Of a DNA stretch of 5,245 nucleotides, positions 1-5,245 are shown piece by piece. The position numbers and the translations under genes are program-made. The notes below the pieces were generated by a model. That model saw only the letters and a list, made by a program, of their open reading frames with translations. It searched no databases and was not told the origin of the DNA. The stretch's first letter is position 1. The number at the start of each line of letters is the position of its first letter. The stretch lies in IMG/VR virus record IMGVR_UViG_3300018467_000008, positions 1 through 5,245 of that record; one strand, 5' to 3'. The stretch is from a virus. Its lineage: Duplodnaviria; Heunggongvirae; Uroviricota; Caudoviricetes.

Positions 1-552
1 ACCGGCTTCTTCATTTTCGCCCAGCAGAACACCAACTTCGGAAGTACCATCAGCTGTTGCCCACTCCATAGTGCGACCGTCAGAAGTGGTCAGAATCTGC
101 GCCACACTGGCGATGCCACCGTAGGATTTCATCTTCTCAACAACTTTCGCCAGGAATGTTTCTGGTACGGTATATCCGCCCTTTTCATCCTGAGCTACCC
201 CCTGGGCACGAAGTTCACGCAACGCCTTTCGTTCTTCTGATGTCAGCTCACTGGCACCGTGACGCATCCACTTATCAAAAACCTGAGCTCGTTTCTCATC
301 ATGTTGCGGATTGTTTTCCGGATCAAGATTCTGACGCTGCTCTTCCTCATTGCTTTCAATGTACGCCTGATCCTGACGACGCAGTTCTTCTTCGCGTGCA
401 ATTCGTTCATCAAGCGCTTCCAGTTCGGATTTTGCTTTGTTCCACTCAGTGCGCTGCTCTTCCGTCCATGCGTTATCACCAATTTTTTCATTCAGGGCGC
501 GCATGTCAGTTGCGATAGTATTACGTTTCTGTTTCAGTTCATGCAGTTTCAT
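1..552 (-). CDS. Major capsid protein, HK97 family, N-terminal 184 codons only (C-terminus lies beyond the window start)
   Basis: ATG at 552..550 preceded by AAGGAAACATC (Shine-Dalgarno AAGGAA, about 5-nt spacing). The frame is open all the way to position 1 with no stop. Translation begins MKLHELKQKRNTIATDMRALNEKIGDNAWTEEQRTEWNKAKSELEALDERIAREEELRRQDQAYIE, a charged, heptad-like helical N-terminus typical of the HK97 delta (scaffold-like) domain, followed by ...DEKGGYTVPETFLAKVV, which resembles the start of the mature capsid domain. It sits immediately downstream of the prohead protease, the canonical HK97 order. Not in the ORF track because it is truncated by the window edge. Confidence 0.85.
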   Translation of the reverse strand, partial: MKLHELKQKRNTIATDMRALNEKIGDNAWTEEQRTEWNKAKSELEALDERIAREEELRRQDQAYIESNEEEQRQNLDPENNPQHDEKRAQVFDKWMRHGASELTSEERKALRELRAQGVAQDEKGGYTVPETFLAKVVEKMKSYGGIASVAQILTTSDGRTMEWATADGTSEVGVLLGENEEAG

Positions 553-562
553 GATGTTTCCT

Positions 563-1165
563 TTACGCGTTAAGAAGGGTCAGGACGCGTTCACGCGCCA
601 TACGTTGATTAATGGCTTTCTGTAGCGCGCCACTGTTGCGCGCCTCCTGCCATGCTTTCATGGAGCGAACAGCCGAGTCAGCCTCCTGATAGGCAGGATA
701 TGTCACAGGACTGACATCCAGCAGACGGGAAAAGCGGGTTATCTCGCGAATAACAACCCCGTCCTCATCCTGATACCACTCCTCACCGTCACGGGCGACA
801 CGGAAAGCGAAAGATGACTGGTTAATATCTCCACATTGCATCGGGGCCAGCACCAGATCACGAATGGTCTGTGTCTCCGGAGCCTGGATGTCATAGCGTA
901 ATCCGCGCTCATCAACTGAAAGATTCAGCGTGCCTGCTGCACTACGCCCAAGAATAAAATTAGGATCGTGGTTAAACAGTGCGCGTACATCATCACCAAG
1001 CACATCGTCAAAAGCGCCGGGCCGGATGATTTCGCGGAATGAACCGAATATCAGCTCAGAACGACAGTCAAACACCGATCCATAACCGATAATGTGCGCC
1101 GGGTTATCGTCATGCCGCTCAGCACGCACCTCACCGCTGTAACAACGGATTTCACGGTCATTCAT
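563..1165 (-). CDS. Prohead maturation protease, HK97 family (S78/U35-like)
   Basis: Minus-strand ORF with TAA stop at 565..563. Translation MNDREIRCYSGEVRAERHDDNPAHIIGYGSVFDCRSEL...FNHDPNFILGRSAAGTLNL... fits the size and position of a prohead protease, between portal and capsid. Preferred start is ATG 1165..1163, which has GAGGG 8 nt upstream and overlaps the portal stop (ATGAATGA). The ORF track's longer version starts at ATG 1222 (219 aa) but has no convincing ribosome-binding site and overlaps 65 nt of portal coding sequence; ATG 1180 is a third option. Confidence 0.85.
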   Translation of the reverse strand: MNDREIRCYSGEVRAERHDDNPAHIIGYGSVFDCRSELIFGSFREIIRPGAFDDVLGDDVRALFNHDPNFILGRSAAGTLNLSVDERGLRYDIQAPETQTIRDLVLAPMQCGDINQSSFAFRVARDGEEWYQDEDGVVIREITRFSRLLDVSPVTYPAYQEADSAVRSMKAWQEARNSGALQKAINQRMARERVLTLLNA

Positions 1166-2384
1166 TGGTTTTTCCCTCATCGTTTTTTGGGGGCTTAAAA
1201 TCTCCTGCCGGGTTAGCAGCATTCACGCTTACCAGCATCTCATCCAGCCCTTCAACCGGATTCATATCCTCGAATGCGCGGGCCTCATTACGGCTCATCC
1301 ATCCATCGGTAATAGCGAAGTGATAGAATTGCGCGCGCTCCTGCGGAGTTCCGCGTAAAAGCCCCGTCAGATTGAACCTGACGTAATACCCGGCGGCTAA
1401 CTCAGCGCGGGTAAACAAGCGACGGTTAAGCTCCTGCTCCCAGTTCGTCACCCACGGCATCATCGTGTAGCGGACAAACTGAATCGCCTGCGCAGAAATA
1501 TTGGAGAAGGTGGCTTTTTCGAGGTCATTAATCATGTGCGCAGGAATATTGAAAATACCGGCGATCATTGAACGGTTCAGCTTCATCATGTCAATGATCT
1601 GAGCGTCAACTGGCGACACAGTCAGTGCCTTGTAATCCAGATCGGCTGGCAGCAGCATGGTTTTGTTTTCCTGGCGGCGTAACGCCTGCGATGCCTTCTG
1701 CCACTGATCTTTAAGCCAGCCCCAGCTTTCCTTATTGAGTCCGCTTTTAACGGATACTATCCCCGCCGGACGGGCATTACCGCTGAAGAAGCTTTCTGTG
1801 TACTTCTGACCGCTCATCCCCATGCCTATTGTTTCGGCATGTTGCATAATCGGACTCAGCCCCATCTTCTGATTATTACCCAGCGCACGGATGTGGATCA
1901 TATCGTCCGGACTGATCGCAAACGCCCCATATTCGTTGTACAAACCGTAGGTATATCGGCCACCAGTATTCATCAGCGTCGTTTCCCACGGCATACAGCA
2001 ATCCAGGGATATGACTTCACCGCGACGATTACGTTTCACCCAGGTATATCCATTCCCCCAGCCAAGGATGTGACGTTGCTTCAGTTCGCGCCATTTGTAG
2101 CTGGTTTGCCAGGTATTGGGCTCATCATGAACCAGATAAAACGCAGGATGATCGCGTGCGGGTTCAACCTTCCCCTTGTACCTGCGCATAACATGCAACG
2201 GCATCTGGGCAAGGCTGGAAGACAGGACATAGATACAGGAATACACCGCAGCCAGTTTCATCGCAGTCTCAGGACTGACATAAACGTCTGCCCGGAACAG
2301 CCCATCAGTATCAACGGCATCCCCGGTTATCGGGGTGGAAGGATTCTCCAGTGATTTACTTCTGAACAGAGCATCAAGCAGCAC
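1158..2384 (-). CDS. Portal protein, HK97 family
   Basis: About 408-424 aa minus-strand ORF, TGA stop at 1160..1158. It lies between large terminase and prohead protease. The region ...LFRADVYVSPETAMKLAAVYSCIYVLSSSLAQMPLHV...HPAFYLVHDEPNTW...ILGWGNGYTW has the look of an HK97-type portal core. Start chosen as GTG 2384..2382, preceded by GAAGGGGGACGC (Shine-Dalgarno-like), giving an N-terminus [16 protein letters not shown]. The track's GTG 2432 start would add a Trp-rich 16-aa extension ([10 protein letters not shown]) with no ribosome-binding site, which I judge less likely. Start is uncertain within 2261-2432. Confidence 0.9.
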   Translation of the reverse strand: MLLDALFRSKSLENPSTPITGDAVDTDGLFRADVYVSPETAMKLAAVYSCIYVLSSSLAQMPLHVMRRYKGKVEPARDHPAFYLVHDEPNTWQTSYKWRELKQRHILGWGNGYTWVKRNRRGEVISLDCCMPWETTLMNTGGRYTYGLYNEYGAFAISPDDMIHIRALGNNQKMGLSPIMQHAETIGMGMSGQKYTESFFSGNARPAGIVSVKSGLNKESWGWLKDQWQKASQALRRQENKTMLLPADLDYKALTVSPVDAQIIDMMKLNRSMIAGIFNIPAHMINDLEKATFSNISAQAIQFVRYTMMPWVTNWEQELNRRLFTRAELAAGYYVRFNLTGLLRGTPQERAQFYHFAITDGWMSRNEARAFEDMNPVEGLDEMLVSVNAANPAGDFKPPKNDEGKTNE

Positions 2385-2535
2385 GCGTCCCCCTTCTGGC
2401 CATAGCCAGTGCGCCCACCAGCAGTAAAGCACCGGACAAAATCAGAGCCGGAGCCATACCAAACTGCAGGTAAACCCCGCACGTAAGCAGGCCAAAACCA
2501 GCCAGCCCGATAACATCAGCAATTAGTGATTTCAT
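2374..2535 (-). CDS. Hypothetical small hydrophobic protein (53 aa, two predicted transmembrane segments) between large terminase and portal
   Basis: Read directly from the sequence, not in the ORF track. ATG 2535..2533 overlaps the large-terminase TGA stop (2534..2532) as ATGA; TGA stop at 2376..2374 lies 6 nt past the preferred portal GTG start. Translation: [53 protein letters not shown], two hydrophobic stretches and a basic C-terminal tail. Codon usage is CTG/GGC-rich like the neighbours. No Shine-Dalgarno upstream, so expression would depend on translational coupling. It overlaps the alternative extended portal frame, so it could be a chance ORF. Confidence 0.4.
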   Translation of the reverse strand: MKSLIADVIGLAGFGLLTCGVYLQFGMAPALILSGALLLVGALAMARRGTRAA

Positions 2536-4265
2536 AGAATTAAGAGATCATCGTCCGGATCAAGAGATGAGAGGAAATCGTCAGGTTCTTTGAGCATTGC
2601 CCGACCGATCGTCATAATCAGTGCAACCGCACCATCGATTTTGTTTTCCGCCTGCTCCTTGACGGGCTTCACTAAATCATCGTTACCTGGCATGTTTTTG
2701 CCGACCACATTGCCGATACACCAGGTCATGATGGGATTGCCGTCATGATGAAAGCGTCCCGATTCAATCGCTGCTTCCAGCTCTTTCATAGGATCGGACA
2801 TATTGGCGAAGTTCTGGACGATAGTGACGGGATTCAGATCTTCATCAGCAAGGTCATGTGACAGCCCGGTCGCCCCGAAGGGGTCGATGGGTGACTCACT
2901 GACCGGGCTGATTTTGTTCGCCGCTTTGGCCTCTTCGAGGATGTAGCGATAATCCACCTCTGCACCATCGGTAACGGTCAGGACGCCCATTTCCACCCAT
3001 TTCTGAAAGCGTTCGGCTGTCCGTCTATCTTCATTTTTCTCGACGCTGTACACCGTGTCATACGGTACCCAGAAACGCGGGGCTACACTGTAGTAATGCG
3101 TTTTACCGTCAATCTCGCGGGTATAAAGTCGCGCCATGCTGTTCATATCCAGTTTACGCGCCAGGTCAAAGGCCAGAATGCACGGCTGCCCCTCGAACTG
3201 CTCAAGGGACAGTGATTTATCCTCGCAGCTCTGCCAGCTCACCAGGTTGAAATACGCCGAACGCGCCGACACCCAGATATTGAGGTGTTTTGTTTTAAAG
3301 ACGTTTGCCAGACGGGCGTTATTTTTCGCACGCTGCTGCTGACTTAACAAAAATTCGCGATAAACCGACACGCCAATATTTGGATTGGCTTTTTCCAGCA
3401 CCTGCGGGTCGGTCCAGTCGTCACCTTCATCAACGGTATAGATGATCCCGAACAGTTCATCGTTAGGCACCGAGCCGTTGAGCATCTCGATGACTTCCCG
3501 CCGTTTGTCGTAGCACGGCCCCTCAATGTTGTACCCGGCGGTAGTGATAGCCCACATCAGTGGCTGACGTCGCGCCCCCATCCCGGTAAGCATCGTGGTG
3601 TAAAGCGCATCTGTGGCGTGCTCGTGATATTCATCCACCACGGAACAGTGGGGTGATGAACCATCACCGGGGTTACCGATCAGCGGTTCAAACCGCGCGC
3701 CATCCTCCGGACGATTCATGTTTGAGGCGTTAACCTCAATCCCGAACGCTTCCGTCAGCATGGGTGTGCGTTTACACATCAGTCGCGCCGGGCGAAAGAC
3801 TTCCCACGCCTGTTTCTCTGTCGTGGCACCGGAATACACTTCCGCGCCAAACTCGTTATCACAGGCAAAACAATACAGGGCAACACCGGCAGAGATTGCC
3901 GATTTGCCGTTCTTACGGGGGATTTCGGTATACACCTCCCGGAAGCGGCGCAGCCGGGACCCTTTATTGACCCAGCCAAACGCACAGCAGACCACAAATA
4001 GCTGCCACGGCTCCAGCGTGATGGGCATCCTCTTGAATGCCCACTCACCCTTGGTGTGCGGCAACAGCTGAATAAATTTGGCGGCCCGTTCAGCCAGGTC
4101 CTTGTCGAAGCGGTAACGAAACGACTTACTTTTTTCCGCCATCAGGTCATCAAGATGGCGCTGGCAGGCCTGAATCACAAACTGGCAGGCCACAATCTTT
4201 CCGCGCACAACATCACGGGCATACTGATTGGCAGCATTTACGTTGGGGTAAGATTTCCGGCTCAT
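2532..4265 (-). CDS. Terminase large subunit (ATPase/nuclease), Terminase_1-like
   Basis: 577-aa minus-strand ORF, ATG 4265..4263, TGA stop 2534..2532. Walker A-like P-loop EIPRKNGKS at about residues 114-122 and Walker B-like hhhhDE in [10 protein letters not shown] at about residues 206-215. The C-terminal half is acidic, consistent with an RNase H-like nuclease domain. Its start overlaps the small-terminase stop (ATGA at 4262-4265) and it is followed by the portal, the canonical order. Confidence 0.95.
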   Translation of the reverse strand: MSRKSYPNVNAANQYARDVVRGKIVACQFVIQACQRHLDDLMAEKSKSFRYRFDKDLAERAAKFIQLLPHTKGEWAFKRMPITLEPWQLFVVCCAFGWVNKGSRLRRFREVYTEIPRKNGKSAISAGVALYCFACDNEFGAEVYSGATTEKQAWEVFRPARLMCKRTPMLTEAFGIEVNASNMNRPEDGARFEPLIGNPGDGSSPHCSVVDEYHEHATDALYTTMLTGMGARRQPLMWAITTAGYNIEGPCYDKRREVIEMLNGSVPNDELFGIIYTVDEGDDWTDPQVLEKANPNIGVSVYREFLLSQQQRAKNNARLANVFKTKHLNIWVSARSAYFNLVSWQSCEDKSLSLEQFEGQPCILAFDLARKLDMNSMARLYTREIDGKTHYYSVAPRFWVPYDTVYSVEKNEDRRTAERFQKWVEMGVLTVTDGAEVDYRYILEEAKAANKISPVSESPIDPFGATGLSHDLADEDLNPVTIVQNFANMSDPMKELEAAIESGRFHHDGNPIMTWCIGNVVGKNMPGNDDLVKPVKEQAENKIDGAVALIMTIGRAMLKEPDDFLSSLDPDDDLLIL

Positions 4266-4756
4266 GATTCGATGATTTTCAGAAACGGGTTAGTGGCTTT
4301 CTTCTGCCCCGCCAGGCCAATCAGACGCTGGCGGCTGCTGGGGTCGAGTCCGAGCATTGCCCCCGTGCTGCTCATCTCGGACTCCTGTTCTTTTTTGGCG
4401 GTCAGCTCCGGATTTTTGACCCTGCCGCCCATTGCACCGGTGATGGTGTTGCCCTGTATGGCAATATTTTTCACGGCACGTCGCCAGAACTCATAGGCCA
4501 CGCACCACCGCTCAAGCACCGCGAGGTCAGTCACGCACAACAGGCCCTGACCGCAGAGTTCTTTGGTTGTCAGTTGCCACATGATCGTGGCGAGAGGGAG
4601 ATCTTCTTCAGCGAACCACTCTGGTGGCTCAACACCTTTGATGGGCGTAAAAACAGGTTCATCTTTGTTCAGGGCTCGCTTGCCGGGGTTTCCGGCCAGC
4701 GCCTTGCGCGCCGTTGGCTTGGGGCGACGCCCGGAACGCCCCGCCGTTCCAGCCAT
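4262..4756 (-). CDS. Terminase small subunit, P27 family (Terminase_4-like)
   Basis: Minus-strand ORF with TGA stop at 4264..4262. N-terminal [34 protein letters not shown] matches the characteristic GRxGRPPKPTxLKxLxGNPGKRPLN signature of P27-family small terminases as I recall it. Preferred start is ATG 4756..4754 with AGGAG 8 nt upstream; the track's GTG 4765 start lies directly against that AGGAG and is unlikely. Immediately upstream of the large terminase with a 4-nt overlap. Confidence 0.9.
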   Translation of the reverse strand: MAGTAGRSGRRPKPTARKALAGNPGKRALNKDEPVFTPIKGVEPPEWFAEEDLPLATIMWQLTTKELCGQGLLCVTDLAVLERWCVAYEFWRRAVKNIAIQGNTITGAMGGRVKNPELTAKKEQESEMSSTGAMLGLDPSSRQRLIGLAGQKKATNPFLKIIES

Positions 4757-4795
4757 ATGCGGCACTCCTGGTTAAATTTCATTTTTCGCGGGTAT

Positions 4796-4854
4796 AAAAA
4801 AACGATGGGGCGGGCAGTCCTGAAGGCGTCAGGTCACAGGGATTTGGCCCGCCC
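4796..4854 (-). terminator. GC-rich hairpin followed by a T-run on the minus strand in the HNH-small terminase intergenic region; terminator-like, or part of the cos/packaging-site region
   Basis: Plus-strand 4808-4815 (gggcgggc) pairs perfectly with 4847-4854 (gcccgccc), an 8-bp all-GC stem around a 31-nt loop. The loop holds a nested 5-bp hairpin (cctga 4819-4823 / tcagg 4829-4833). Read on the minus strand, the stem is followed by CATCG and then seven T (plus-strand A-run 4796-4802). The 5-nt spacer before the T-run and the large loop are atypical for a textbook intrinsic terminator. Confidence 0.3.
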
Positions 4855-4880
4855 TCCCCTCTGGCAGTGGGAACTGGTTC

Positions 4881-5229
4881 TTACTTCAGCCGTTCACGGG
4901 CCGTCTTCGCCTTATGACACGGCCAGCACAGGCTCTGCAGATTGCTGTCGACATCAGTGCCGCCATGCGATTTAGGGATGATGTGGTCAACGGTCTTCGC
5001 CTCACGCACCACACCAGCACGCAGACATAACTGACACAGGCCTTTGTCACGCTTCAGGACACGCGCGCGGATACTGTCCCACTTGGTACCGTAGCCACGC
5101 TGGTGGCGGGACTGGCCTGGCTTGTATTGCTTCCAGCCTTCGCTTTTGTGGCTTTCGCAGTAGCCTGACGGGTCTGTGGTGGTATTACGGCAACCTCGAG
5201 CACGGCAGGCTTTCGGGATTCGTGGCGGC
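4881..5229 (-). CDS. HNH endonuclease (phage packaging-associated), N-terminus missing at the contig end
   Basis: Minus-strand frame open from 5229 down to TAA stop at 4883..4881. Translation read by hand: ...PPRIPKACRARGCRNTTTDPSGYCESHKSEGWKQYKPGQSRHQRGYGTKWDSIRARVLKRDKGLCQLCLRAGVVREAKTVDHIIPKSHGGTDVDSNLQSLCWPCHKAKTARERLK. It contains paired Cys motifs (CQLC ... CWPCH) and the DH...N...H core of the HNH fold. No start codon is reached before the adapter-like sequence at 5230. Located directly upstream of the small terminase. Confidence 0.9.
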
Positions 5230-5245
5230 AGATCGGAAGAGCGTC
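5230..5245. other. Illumina TruSeq adapter fragment (sequencing/assembly artefact) at the window terminus
   Basis: The terminal 16 nt, agatcggaagagcgtc, are identical to the first 16 nt of the Illumina universal/Read-2 adapter AGATCGGAAGAGCGTCGTGTAGGGAAAGAGTGT, recalled from memory rather than searched. The sequence stops there, cutting the HNH ORF before its start codon. Confidence 0.85.

Noticed and set aside
243-491. Minus-strand 82-aa ORF in an alternative frame
   Set aside because: It is fully embedded in the capsid coding region in a different frame; the capsid frame has the ribosome-binding site, the start at 552 and the recognisable HK97-type sequence.
156-625. Plus-strand ORFs 156-518, 259-573 and 437-625 from the track
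   Set aside because: They lie antisense to the capsid and protease 3' end coding region. Their translations are low-complexity (runs of F/L/R), they have no ribosome-binding sites, and they conflict with a well-supported minus-strand gene.
1839-2354. Plus-strand 171-aa ORF
   Set aside because: It is antisense to the portal gene and has no recognisable motifs; it is the kind of long antisense ORF expected opposite a gene of this GC content.
2385-2432. Portal N-terminal extension from GTG 2432 ([15 protein letters not shown]...)
   Set aside because: It is Trp-rich and atypical, has no ribosome-binding site, and is entirely overlapped by the small hydrophobic ORF in another frame. GTG 2384 with an upstream GAAGGGGGA gives a more plausible N-terminus. 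Kept as an alternative because start-site evidence is indirect.
3136-4496. Plus-strand ORFs 3136-3342, 3718-4071, 3764-3970 and 4056-4496, and minus-strand alternative-frame ORFs 3344-3526 and 3779-4048
   Set aside because: All are antisense to or out of frame with the large or small terminase genes, which are supported by Walker A/B and P27-type motifs. Their translations are Arg/Ser/Cys-rich in a way typical of non-coding frames.
4770-4805. Possible sigma70 promoter (TATACC or TTTATA-like hexamers) just upstream of the small terminase
   Set aside because: The match to -10 is weak and there is no convincing -35 at proper spacing. Late genes of lambdoid phages are normally read through from an upstream antiterminated late promoter, so a dedicated promoter is unnecessary and unsupported.
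4840-4870. G-rich tract (ccctcccctctggcag on plus; GAGGGGAGGGCGGGCC on minus) as the actual cohesive-end sequence
   Set aside because: Its resemblance to known cos sequences is superficial and cannot be verified from sequence alone; it is folded into the broader intergenic-region finding instead of being called as a feature.
4563-4975. Plus-strand ORFs 4563-4775 and 4574-4975 spanning the small terminase 5' end, the intergenic region and the HNH 3' end
   Set aside because: They are antisense to two confidently called genes and run across the structured intergenic hairpin; Arg/Gly/Pro-rich translations are typical of a GC-rich antisense frame.

Overview
This window reads as one collinear, minus-strand phage or prophage DNA-packaging and head-morphogenesis module of the HK97-like type; I see no defence system, CRISPR array, RNA gene or insertion sequence. 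In transcription order (high to low coordinates) it carries: an HNH endonuclease missing its N-terminus (4881-5229), an intergenic GC hairpin followed by a T-run (about 4796-4854), a P27-family small terminase (4262-4756), a large terminase (2532-4265), a 53-aa hydrophobic ORF coupled at both ends (2374-2535), the portal (1158-2384), the prohead protease (563-1165) and the first 184 codons of an HK97-family major capsid protein (1-552, running off the window). The last 16 bases (5230-5245) match the start of the Illumina TruSeq adapter, so the window most likely ends at an untrimmed contig terminus. All plus-strand ORFs in the track are antisense to these genes and I treat them as spurious. 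Family assignments rest on motifs and gene order read by eye, not on any database search. The two items most worth a second look are the small membrane-like ORF between terminase and portal and the HNH-terminase intergenic hairpin, which could be a terminator or part of the cos region.
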